DNA of 33,729 bases from a virus. Its lineage: Duplodnaviria; Caudoviricetes. Both the position numbers and the translations under genes were made by a program. Location of the stretch: positions 1 to 33,729 of IMG/VR virus record IMGVR_UViG_3300042431_000344; one strand, 5' to 3'. Numbering within the stretch: the stretch's first letter is position 1; each line of letters opens with the position of its first letter. Positions 7,854 through 16,019 of the stretch are shown one piece after another. Below the pieces are notes generated by a model that saw nothing but the letters and a program-made list of their open reading frames with translations, was not told where the DNA came from and ran no database searches.

Positions 7854-8085
7854 TAGTAGAGGGGTATGTCCGTTATGCGGGCATCTTCTACTACTACTGC
7901 CTGACGCGACCGTGTGCCTTTGAGGACGGTTCGCAGGCAGCCCAACTCCCCGCCGCCTTAGGGCAAGCGGGGTTTCTGCTGTGGACGCACGGTAGCGCCA
8001 GTGGACGTTGAGCCTGATCTGCTCCGTCGCGACTGGCCCCCTTCTTACCCCCTGGCGGGTGTCCCTGGGAAGTGGCAGGGGGGAG

Positions 8086-8127
8086 ACCCCTCCCCCCTCA
8101 CGTCTAGACACCCCTCCCCCCTCACGT
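8086..8127 (+). repeat. Two perfect 18-bp direct repeats, 24-bp period
   Basis: ACCCCTCCCCCCTCACGT at 8086-8103 and 8110-8127. Confidence 0.9.
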
Positions 8128-8140
8128 TTTGGAGCCTTCA

Positions 8141-8326
8141 ATGGATGACACGAGAACTGCCCTACAGGTGCTGCGCACCTCGGGCTATCGCTGTGCCTTC
8201 CGTGACGAGTCTGGTCGCCGTTGCGGTGCTCCTGCTTCGCTGGCTGTCCATCCGACGCCTGCCCCGAATCCGCGACCGATGATCGCCGTGTGCCGAGCCC
8301 ATGCTGTCGAGGTCGTGACGCAGTGA
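8141..8326 (+). CDS. Degenerate HNH-like zinc-binding protein (61 aa)
   Basis: GGAG at 8131; VLRTSGYRC...RC...VH...AVCRAH. Confidence 0.6.
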   Translation: MDDTRTALQVLRTSGYRCAFRDESGRRCGAPASLAVHPTPAPNPRPMIAVCRAHAVEVVTQ

Positions 8327-8652
8327 CTTCTGCTCCGCGCCCGTGCGTTGTCTGCGGTCGCCCGTCACCGAAGTCGCGTTGCCAGCAGCACACGCTGCCT
8401 GATACTCGCCCTTCGGTGAAGCGCCGTGTGTCTCGGACGGTCTCGACGAGGCTTCGCCGTCAGGTGCTGTTTCGTGATGACTACACGTGCCAGATGTGCG
8501 GGTTGAGGGATCTGTCGGGCCGCTCGCTTGAGGCTGACCATCTTGCTCGGCTGGCTGATGCTGGTGAGCATGCGGTAGAGAACATGCAGACTTTGTGCAA
8601 GCCTTGCCATGCTGAGAAGACTCGCTTGGAGAACACTCGAACGTGTCTCTAG
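8323..8652 (+). CDS. HNH endonuclease, probably packaging-associated
   Basis: GTGA overlap; PRPCVVCG...RC..H; VLFRDDYTCQMCG...EADH...ENMQTLCKPCHAEKT. Confidence 0.9.
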   Translation: MTSAPRPCVVCGRPSPKSRCQQHTLPDTRPSVKRRVSRTVSTRLRRQVLFRDDYTCQMCGLRDLSGRSLEADHLARLADAGEHAVENMQTLCKPCHAEKTRLENTRTCL

Positions 8653-8765
8653 ACACTCTGAGTAAAATGGTTCTCTGGAATCTTTACTGGATGAATCTCT
8701 GAGCCCTTTACTGGTAAGGGGCAGGAGGGCCTGTCCGAAATGTCGCGTTTGTCCAACCGTCCCCT

Positions 8766-8855
8766 GAATGGGGGACATTTCCTCTACATGTCCCCCGAAT
8801 GGGGGGCGCGCCGTATACCTCGAATGGGGGGCGCGCGGGCTCTCGAATAGGGGGC
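8766..8855 (+). repeat. Four copies of GAAT(G/A)GGGG
   Basis: Starts at 8766, 8797, 8822, 8845. Confidence 0.8.
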
Positions 8856-8921
8856 AACGCGTGAGGGTGCCCTAGGACGGTCCCTAAGGGCTCGAGAGCC
8901 CTATCGGGCACAAGTACTCGA

Positions 8922-9097
8922 GCGGGCGCCGTTCGCCCCGCTACGGGCTTTACAGGGCTTCCCCTTAGGGGCGAAAGTGCACGCGAACGCGAGCCCGTGG
9001 GGCGCATGCAATTGCGTGGGCCCCTCGAGCCCGTAGGCGCGAGAGCATGCGCGCGGGCACTATCTGCCACGCGGGCGCCGTTCGCCCCGCTACGGGC
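8922..9097 (+). repeat. Perfect 27-bp direct repeat pair
   Basis: GCGGGCGCCGTTCGCCCCGCTACGGGC at 8922-8948 and 9071-9097. Confidence 0.9.
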
Positions 9098-9327
9098 GCG
9101 AGACGGGCACGCGTGAGGGCTCGAGCCCGTGACGGTGCCAGGGCATGCGAAAGCGCTCGAGAATGTCGAGAGGCTCGAGCGCATGCCGACGGGCCCCGCG
9201 TGCAATGCACGGGGGCTCGCCGAGTCGCTCGAGCCACTAGGCGCGCTCGAGTAGGTGCCCATTTCACTAGGGCTAGGAAGGTTCTGCACTACGCCGCTAC
9301 GGCGCGGACGATCGAACGTCAGTGCGT

Positions 9328-9519
9328 CTAGAAAGACTCTCGCCGAGTCATGGCGTCATCCTTCCGTCGGGCGTAGTTGTCGCGAGCACGCGAGAGCGCG
9401 CACGCCTTGCACGTAGGGACGCCACGCGCGGCGCGCGTCTCAACTACGGACGCGGGCCCGCCACACTGGCAGGGCTCGAGTGAGAGCGCGCGGAACGCAC
9501 GTATGCGGCGCGCGTTCAT
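9328..9519 (-). CDS. Small Cys-containing hypothetical protein
   Basis: ATGA overlap with upstream gene; CQC...CKAC. Confidence 0.55.
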   Translation of the reverse strand: MNARRIRAFRALSLEPCQCGGPASVVETRAARGVPTCKACALSRARDNYARRKDDAMTRRESF

Positions 9520-9638
9520 GACGCCACCATTGCCGATAGTCCCTCGAGCACTGCCGAGAGCCCCGCAAGTGCGAGCGCGAACGCGAGGCCCGCGAGCATG
9601 CGCCCGCGAGCCGTGAGACGTACAGGGCGCGCGTTCAT
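9516..9638 (-). CDS. Small membrane protein (40 aa)
   Basis: RLTARGR followed by hydrophobic helix; ATGA overlaps at both ends. Confidence 0.6.
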   Translation of the reverse strand: MNARPVRLTARGRMLAGLAFALALAGLSAVLEGLSAMVAS

Positions 9639-9919
9639 CGCGTCACCTTGCGCAGACGCGCGTTCATCTCGGCTTTCCACGCGCGCGCACTGTCGCCGCG
9701 CCACGCGCCGAGATTAGAGACGGCGTACGCCGCGAGCATGCGCGCCGAGTCGGCGCCATAGTTGTCCGCGAGAGTCTCGCACGCGGTGAGAGCCTCGAGA
9801 TACGGACGCGCGAACGTGCGCGCGTTGCCCGTGAGAGTCGGATCATTCAATGCGAAGCGCGCGAGCGCGTCGACAGTGAACGGCGAGAGATCGAGCGCGG
9901 GTGCGCTTGTGTCGGTCAT
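9635..9919 (-). CDS. Conserved phage hypothetical protein (94 aa)
   Basis: GAAAGG RBS; ARPYLEAL...DNYGADSAR...Y..SN...WRG..AR..KAE pattern I recognise from other phages. Confidence 0.8.
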   Translation of the reverse strand: MTDTSAPALDLSPFTVDALARFALNDPTLTGNARTFARPYLEALTACETLADNYGADSARMLAAYAVSNLGAWRGDSARAWKAEMNARLRKVTR

Positions 9920-9996
9920 GTCGTGCCTTTCGTTAGGTGCCGCTAGTAATGGCACGGAGTGCGCGCGACTAATGCCGCGCGCCTACCGTGAGACGA

Positions 9997-10971
9997 CTAG
10001 CGCATGGGCTCGCGAATGAAACCGCTAGAGTCCGCCTTACCTTTCGCGCCTTTTGCACGGAGTCCGATAATGACGCCGACGGGCCCGCGAGGGTCGTCCG
10101 TGCGATCGTCCGTGAGGTCGCCGTCGGTGACCTCGAAAAGGATCGAGTACCTATCGCGCGGCACGTCGAACGTGTGCCACGCGGGCAAGTCTTCACCCTT
10201 GCGAGTAGTGAAGGGCACCGCGACATTGTGCCCATCAAGTAGTAGAGCCTCGAGATACTCGGCGGATGTGTGCGCCGATTCTTTCGCCGAGTACGTGAGC
10301 GCGTATCCGTGCACGGGGTCACGGTCGGCGGGCGTCCATGCGGTGTAGTCGTACACGCGCACGCCGAGAGTCTCGAGACGTGCCAGGGCTTGCGGTGCGA
10401 TGAATTCCCAGCGGTAGTCCGTGAGCACGTTGAGGCGTAGCGTCACGTTGTCGGGCCCGTACTTGCGCACGGCGCGCAATGTCTCGGCACCAATAAGCAC
10501 GCCTGCCGAGTACGGGTCTGACAGTAAGAACCCGTGCCGCACTTGCCGCGCCTTCTGCGTCGACGTGAATGCGCCGTGCCCGCTAGTCGCGAGACATGCG
10601 GACTCGCATCCGCGAGACGCACGCGGGCACGCGTTGACGGGTCGCGAGAGTCCCGCGTCGGCGAATGCGAGAGAGCGCGCGGGCGTGAGCATGAGCCCGA
10701 GCGCGTACCGTTCGCCCTTGCCGAGTTTCGGTTGAGATTCGGGGCGCGTGAGCATCTCGGCGTGCGTTGCGTATCCGCGCGCCTTGCGATACTCGGCGTA
10801 TGCGCGGCGCGCGTTGCCTACTGCAGAACGATCGCGCGAGGCCGAGAGGCCCGCGAGCATGCCGCTATCGAATGCGGCGAGCATGAGGCGCTCGGCGTAA
10901 GTGAGTGCCGCGCGCGGGGGAGTGTCGACGCAGACGGCGTCTGACATGCGCTCGAGGGATTCCGTTGTCAT
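9997..10971 (-). CDS. GP88-like protein (Cys motif, radical-SAM-like)
   Basis: NACPRASRGCESACL, LRLNVLTD..WE, VYDYT, LTYS, GHNVAVPF, DGDLTDDR, GVIIGLRAKG, SGFI. Confidence 0.8.
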   Translation of the reverse strand: MTTESLERMSDAVCVDTPPRAALTYAERLMLAAFDSGMLAGLSASRDRSAVGNARRAYAEYRKARGYATHAEMLTRPESQPKLGKGERYALGLMLTPARSLAFADAGLSRPVNACPRASRGCESACLATSGHGAFTSTQKARQVRHGFLLSDPYSAGVLIGAETLRAVRKYGPDNVTLRLNVLTDYRWEFIAPQALARLETLGVRVYDYTAWTPADRDPVHGYALTYSAKESAHTSAEYLEALLLDGHNVAVPFTTRKGEDLPAWHTFDVPRDRYSILFEVTDGDLTDDRTDDPRGPVGVIIGLRAKGAKGKADSSGFIREPMR

Positions 10972-11045
10972 CGTCTTGCCTTTCGTATTCGGCCTAGTCG
11001 CCTTACGCGCGGCACGGACTCGAGCCCGTGCCTCACGTGAAACGA

Positions 11046-11327
11046 CTAGCGCGCTTCCTCAATGAGTGACCACACGAGAGCATTCTCGGCGCGCACTCTG
11101 TCGGCGCGTGCGCTCTCGAATTGACGCGCGGTGACGTTGTCGCGCTCGAGGCGCTCGGCGCGCTTTACCTCGCGCTTTGCGTGCGCGTCGGCGATGATCG
11201 GCGCGCCTGCCAGGGCGTCGGCGGTGCCTACGTAGGCGCCGCGTGCGTACACGTTGTACGTGTCGCGCCCGAGAGTCTTCGCGACGGTGTACTCGCGCCC
11301 GTCCGTGGTGTACGTCCAAACGTCCAT
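11046..11327 (-). CDS. Hypothetical protein (93 aa)
   Basis: ATG after CGAAAGGCAAGAC, the same start motif as its neighbours. Confidence 0.75.
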   Translation of the reverse strand: MDVWTYTTDGREYTVAKTLGRDTYNVYARGAYVGTADALAGAPIIADAHAKREVKRAERLERDNVTARQFESARADRVRAENALVWSLIEEAR

Positions 11328-11600
11328 GTCTTGCCTTTCGTTAGGTGAGGCCTTGCGCCTCATGTCTCAAGCCTTCCACCATTCGACGTGCGCTAAACGT
11401 CTCGCGTTCCATCCTTTCGTGTGACCTACGTCACGCGGGGGACGTGCCTACCGTGGGGGGCACCCATCCCGCCCACGCGAGCCGCCCCCCCGCGCCCACG
11501 CCACACATGCCGCCGCACTCTGCCCCCCTGGCAGTGTCCGATAAGCGGACGTTCTACCCTCTCGCCGCCTGATGCGGCACAACCGCCCAGGAGGCATTCC

Positions 11601-12065
11601 ATGACCGCACCCGTCCCCATCGAGCGCAAGCGTGCACTCGGCAACCCTGGCAAGCGCGCCCTACCGAAGCCTGGCGAGATCGCCATCATCGGTGCAGTGG
11701 CTGAGCCTCCAGTGGACCTGGGGGAGAAGGGCCTCGAGGCTTGGAACCGCATCCTCGACACTGCTCGTGCCTGGACTGGCGCTACTGACTTTGACCTGCT
11801 CGCTGCGTACTGCGCGAAGGTCGATCGCCACGCTGAGATGGTCGAGCAACTCTCAAACTCGAACAACGCCTTCATCCTCTTCACCGACAAGGGCTACGCA
11901 TACGCGAACCCACTGGTGGGCATGATCTCGACTATCGAGTCTGAGATGGTGAAGATGCTGTCCCTCCTCGGGCTGACTCCGACTGACCGCTCGCGCCTGG
12001 GCCTCGCTGAGGTGAAGGCGCAGTCAACTCTCGAGAAGTTGAAGGCGCTCAAGGACGCGAAGTGA
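11601..12065 (+). CDS. terS: Terminase small subunit (P27-like)
   Basis: AGGAGG; GNPGKRALP; D..LLAAYC; ANPLV; LGLTPTDRSRL. Confidence 0.92.
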   Translation: MTAPVPIERKRALGNPGKRALPKPGEIAIIGAVAEPPVDLGEKGLEAWNRILDTARAWTGATDFDLLAAYCAKVDRHAEMVEQLSNSNNAFILFTDKGYAYANPLVGMISTIESEMVKMLSLLGLTPTDRSRLGLAEVKAQSTLEKLKALKDAK

Positions 12066-13591
12066 GTGCCGCGAACGGTTGGCCTCCCCGCTACATCACG
12101 AAGGCATCTGCTGCCGAGATGAAGCGCGGTGACGGCGACCTCGCGACGCAGTTCATCGAGAACTACGCGCGCGTGGTGAAGGACTCCGTCGGTGGTAAGA
12201 CGGGTTCGCACATTCACTTGCGCCCGTGGCAGTCACATCTGATGGACTGGACGCTGTCGCGTCGCGCTGACGGCAAGAAGCGTTTCCGCCAGGCTCTGAT
12301 CGGTCTCCCGCGTAAGTCGGGTAAGTCCGCACTGCTGTCTGGTCTCGCTCTCTACGAGTTGATCCTCGGTGCCGACGGCGGTGAGGTGTTCACTGTCGCC
12401 ACGACCCGTGAGCAGGCCCGTATCGTCTTCGGTACTACCCGACGCATGGTCGAACTCGATCCTGAACTGTCTGGTATGACGAAGTTGTACCGCGACGCCA
12501 TCGAGGTGCCTGGTACTAACTCGGTGATGCGCGTCATGGCTGCTGAGGCCCCGCAACTCGAGGGCCTGAACCCGACCTACGTCATCGTGGACGAGGTTCA
12601 CGCCCTGCCTGACCGATCACTGTGGGACGTGTTCAGCCTCGCAATGGCTGCACGGCCTGATCCGCAGATGGTTGGCATCACGACGGCGGGCGTCAAGTAC
12701 GACCGCTTCGGAAACGAATCGCTCTGCTATGGGATGTTCAACTACGGCGTCCGTGTAGCGGCTGGTGAGGTTGAAGACCCGTCGTTCGGCATGGCCTGGT
12801 GGGCGCCGAAGAAGATCGATGCTGATCACCGCGATCCCGAGGTGTGGAAGCAGGCGAACCCTGGCTTCGGAGACATCCAAGACCCCGAAGACTTCGCGGC
12901 TGCTGTGCTTCGCACGCCTGAGGCTGAGTTCCGTACGAAGCGACTCAATCTGTGGGTCGACACCGCAACTGCATGGCTCCCGACTGGTGCCTGGGACGCA
13001 GTTCAGGGTACGGCTGAGGTTGGCCTCGGTGATCCCGTGGTTCTCGCCCTTGACGGCTCGTACAACAACGATACGACGGCGCTCGTCGGTGTGAAGATTC
13101 CCGTCAATGAAGACGAGAAGCCACACATCTTCGTCGCTGGTGTCTGGGAGCGCCCGCCACACGCGGATGAGCACTGGACTGTTGACGTTCTCGATGTCGA
13201 GGACCGTATCCGCGAGTGCGCACGCACGTGGAATGTCCTTGAGATCGCATGTGACCCGTACCGCTGGGCGCGCACGATGCAGGTTCTTCTTGATGAACGC
13301 CTGCCTGTCGTGGAGTTCCCGCAGACGGCTAACCGCATGGGCCCCGCTACCTCGCGCATGTACGAGGGCGTGGTGAATAAGACCATTCAGCATGACGGAG
13401 ATTTGCGCCTGGCGCGTCACATCTCGAACGCCATGCTCAAGGTCGATAACCGTGGTTCTCGCCTGGTGAAGGAATCGCGCGGCACTTCTCGCAAGATCGA
13501 CCTTGCGGTGTGTGCAGTTATGGCACTTGATCGTGCCGAGTTCTGGAAAGACGAGTACCGCAAGCCGAAGCCTAAGGTCTTCGCGTTCTAG
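12062..13591 (+). CDS. terL: Terminase large subunit
   Basis: LRPWQ, Walker A PRKSGKS, Walker B VIVDEVH, ITTAG, ALDGS, KIDLAV. Confidence 0.97.
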   Translation: MSAANGWPPRYITKASAAEMKRGDGDLATQFIENYARVVKDSVGGKTGSHIHLRPWQSHLMDWTLSRRADGKKRFRQALIGLPRKSGKSALLSGLALYELILGADGGEVFTVATTREQARIVFGTTRRMVELDPELSGMTKLYRDAIEVPGTNSVMRVMAAEAPQLEGLNPTYVIVDEVHALPDRSLWDVFSLAMAARPDPQMVGITTAGVKYDRFGNESLCYGMFNYGVRVAAGEVEDPSFGMAWWAPKKIDADHRDPEVWKQANPGFGDIQDPEDFAAAVLRTPEAEFRTKRLNLWVDTATAWLPTGAWDAVQGTAEVGLGDPVVLALDGSYNNDTTALVGVKIPVNEDEKPHIFVAGVWERPPHADEHWTVDVLDVEDRIRECARTWNVLEIACDPYRWARTMQVLLDERLPVVEFPQTANRMGPATSRMYEGVVNKTIQHDGDLRLARHISNAMLKVDNRGSRLVKESRGTSRKIDLAVCAVMALDRAEFWKDEYRKPKPKVFAF

Positions 13592-13624
13592 GCGTTGGAT
13601 GCGCCGTCAGCCTTGGAGGGGCGC

Positions 13625-14965
13625 ATGGAAGTTGTCAAGACATTCGTCGACTTGATCGGCAATGCCAAGTGGGAGCAGTTGGAGCAGTGGGACAAGTACC
13701 ACCGAGGCGAGTTTGAGCCTCCGTACCTGCCCAGTGTCAACCGTTCGATGCTCGCGCAGGAGTATCAGGATCTGCTCTCCCGCGCTGACCTCAACATCTG
13801 TGCGCTGATCGTGTCTGCGGTGGTTGACCGCCTGCAGATCGAAGGTATCCGCTCGACTGGCACTGGTCAGAACGATGACACGGTGTGGCAGTGGCTGCAG
13901 TCGTCGAACTTCGATGCTCGGCAGACGTTGCTGTACCGCGACGCCATGATCTTTGGCTCGGGCTTCCTGTCGGTGGTCCCGAATGGTGACATGCCGAAGT
14001 TCTCGGCAGAGTCACCCCTGAACCTGTCGGTGAAGTACGACCCAACTGACCCGACGAAGGTTTTGCTCGGCGCGAAGACGGTTGATGACTACGGCTGGCT
14101 CTACACGGACGAGGTGATCTACGCGCTGCGTAGGTCGACCAAGGACTGGGAGCGTGGCTGGGTCGTTGTCGAGGAAACGCCGCACAATGCTGGTGCTACG
14201 CCGCTGGTGCGCTTCCCGAACCGTCTTGACTCGCGCGGGCGTGACATGAGCGAGATCTCGCTTATTGCGTCACCTCAGCGCCGCATTCTGCAGACGATCG
14301 CTGACCGCCTTCTGGTGCAGCGCGCTGCTTCGTGGCGCCAGCGCTACATCAGTGGCATCAGCATTGAGCAGGACGAGGAAGGCAATGCCATTCCGCCGTT
14401 CCGCGTCGGTGTTGACCAGATTGTGGTTAGTGAGAATCCCGATGCTCGCTTCGGTGAGTGGTCGGAGTCTCCGTTCGACGCTCATCTGCGTGCGGTTGAG
14501 GATGACATTCGCCAGGCTGCTGCTGTTTCACAGACTCCGCCGCATCTGCTGGCTCCGCACACTATCTCCAACATCTCCGCTGAGGCACTTGTTGCTCTCG
14601 AGGCTGGTCTTGCTGCGAAGGTGCAGGAGCGCCAGTTGCAGTGGGGCGAGGCTATCGAGTACGCCGCGCGTCTCGGTGGCAACATCGTCGGGTACGAGAT
14701 CGCTGATGATGCTGAGGTGCTGTGGGCTGATCTTGAGCGTCGTTCTGATGCGCAGCGCGTTGATGGTGCCTTGAAACTCCGCTCGATGGGCCTTCCGATG
14801 GAGTTCCTACTCGAGCGCCTCGGTCTCACTCCGCAGGCGATCAAGCGTGTGATGGATGCCTCGGCTAAGGAGCAGGCGACTGCTGCTGCTACTTCGGCTG
14901 CCGCATTCGGTATGGCTCCGAGCCAGGCCCCGATTGGTGCAGGGTCGGCTAACGGTGCTCCGTGA
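13625..14965 (+). CDS. Portal protein (SPP1 gp6-like)
   Basis: Follows terL; NICALIVSAVVDRL, PLVRFPN, NISAEAL. Confidence 0.92.
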   Translation: MEVVKTFVDLIGNAKWEQLEQWDKYHRGEFEPPYLPSVNRSMLAQEYQDLLSRADLNICALIVSAVVDRLQIEGIRSTGTGQNDDTVWQWLQSSNFDARQTLLYRDAMIFGSGFLSVVPNGDMPKFSAESPLNLSVKYDPTDPTKVLLGAKTVDDYGWLYTDEVIYALRRSTKDWERGWVVVEETPHNAGATPLVRFPNRLDSRGRDMSEISLIASPQRRILQTIADRLLVQRAASWRQRYISGISIEQDEEGNAIPPFRVGVDQIVVSENPDARFGEWSESPFDAHLRAVEDDIRQAAAVSQTPPHLLAPHTISNISAEALVALEAGLAAKVQERQLQWGEAIEYAARLGGNIVGYEIADDAEVLWADLERRSDAQRVDGALKLRSMGLPMEFLLERLGLTPQAIKRVMDASAKEQATAAATSAAAFGMAPSQAPIGAGSANGAP

Positions 14966-15951
14966 GCACGATGACGGGTGCGCGTTTCACTGCTCAGCAG
15001 CGTGCGCGCATCATCCGTGAACTGGAGACCTATCGTCGCCAGGGTGTGGTGATTGCTAGTCAGATCCTGAACATGGTGACGCTGAGCAATTTCGAGCGCG
15101 AGTGGCCTCGTGTCGCTCCGTTGTATGCCCAGTTGATCGCTGCTCAGCAGATGGCGGGCCGCAACACGATGGCGGTGTATCTGTCGACGCTGGCGCTGGG
15201 CACTGGTGCGGGGCTGCATGGGATTGCAGTTCCTGTTGAGGCTGAGCAGCGAAACTTGCGTTTACCGTCTGGTTTGCCTGTGCAGAATCTGCTCGGCAGT
15301 GCGCCTTCCGCGATTCTTCACCGCATTGAGAACGGCATGCCTGCTGACCTCGCGATGCAGATGACCAAGGCACACCTCATGGAGGCTGTCTCTGACGCTG
15401 TCCATGATGAGTTCCGCAAGGCGGCAGTGGATGTCCTCAAGGCTGACACGAATGACCTTGACTGGGCCGCGCGTGATGCTGAGTGGGAGCAGTGGCTTAA
15501 GGAGCATCGCTCTGCTGAGTTTGATGCTGAGACTCGTCGGGCGCGTCGGAACACGAGTCACACGCAGCGTATGCGGCAGGGCATAGGCGACGTGATGCCA
15601 GGCGTGCAGCGGTACATCCGCGTGCCGTCTGTTGGTGCATGCTCGTTCTGCCTGATGCTGGCTACCAAGGGAGCGGTGTACTACCGCGACTCGTTCACGC
15701 ACTCGCGTGACAATCACCGAGGTCCGCGTCCGTTCCGTGTGGACGGCAATGCGACGGTTCATGCTCATTGTCGGTGCACGTTGTTCCCTGTTCCGAGCAA
15801 CAAGGCGTTCCGCAATGTGGTCGTCGGTGATTCCGATGCGTATGCGGCTGCGATCTGGTCGCACAAGAAGACTGGCAGGAAGTACGAACTGGGTCGGATT
15901 ATGGCTCAGAAGACGTTTCTGTCGCGCGAAGACTTCTTCGCGAATCTATAA
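14962..15951 (+). CDS. MuF-like minor capsid / capsid maturation protein
   Basis: RVPSVGACSFCLMLATKGAVY...HAHCRC; between portal and scaffold. Confidence 0.75.
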   Translation: MSTMTGARFTAQQRARIIRELETYRRQGVVIASQILNMVTLSNFEREWPRVAPLYAQLIAAQQMAGRNTMAVYLSTLALGTGAGLHGIAVPVEAEQRNLRLPSGLPVQNLLGSAPSAILHRIENGMPADLAMQMTKAHLMEAVSDAVHDEFRKAAVDVLKADTNDLDWAARDAEWEQWLKEHRSAEFDAETRRARRNTSHTQRMRQGIGDVMPGVQRYIRVPSVGACSFCLMLATKGAVYYRDSFTHSRDNHRGPRPFRVDGNATVHAHCRCTLFPVPSNKAFRNVVVGDSDAYAAAIWSHKKTGRKYELGRIMAQKTFLSREDFFANL

Positions 15952-16019
15952 CCAAAGACTCCCGCCGTGTGGCGGGTTCCACTCCTAGATGGAGTGATGC
16001 GAGACCCCTGGAGGGTGCA

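Noticed and set aside
7767-8393. N-terminal extension of the integrase to 665 aa
   Set aside because: Catalytic YSRLS lies right after Met 7766; extension crosses repeats and plus-strand genes
8766-9097. Repeats as a CRISPR array
   Set aside because: Only two long copies 149 bp apart or very short units; no cas genes
8708-9331. ORFs 8708-9289, 8965-9267 and 9047-9331
   Set aside because: Arg/Ala-rich translations of palindromic DNA; no RBS or family motifs
9508-9667. ATGAACGCGCG three times on the minus strand (MNAR)
   Set aside because: Short and expected in a CGCG-rich block; two copies are ATGA gene overlaps
4404-13591. Inteins or introns in RNR or terminase
   Set aside because: Lengths and motif spacing are normal; no splicing motifs seen
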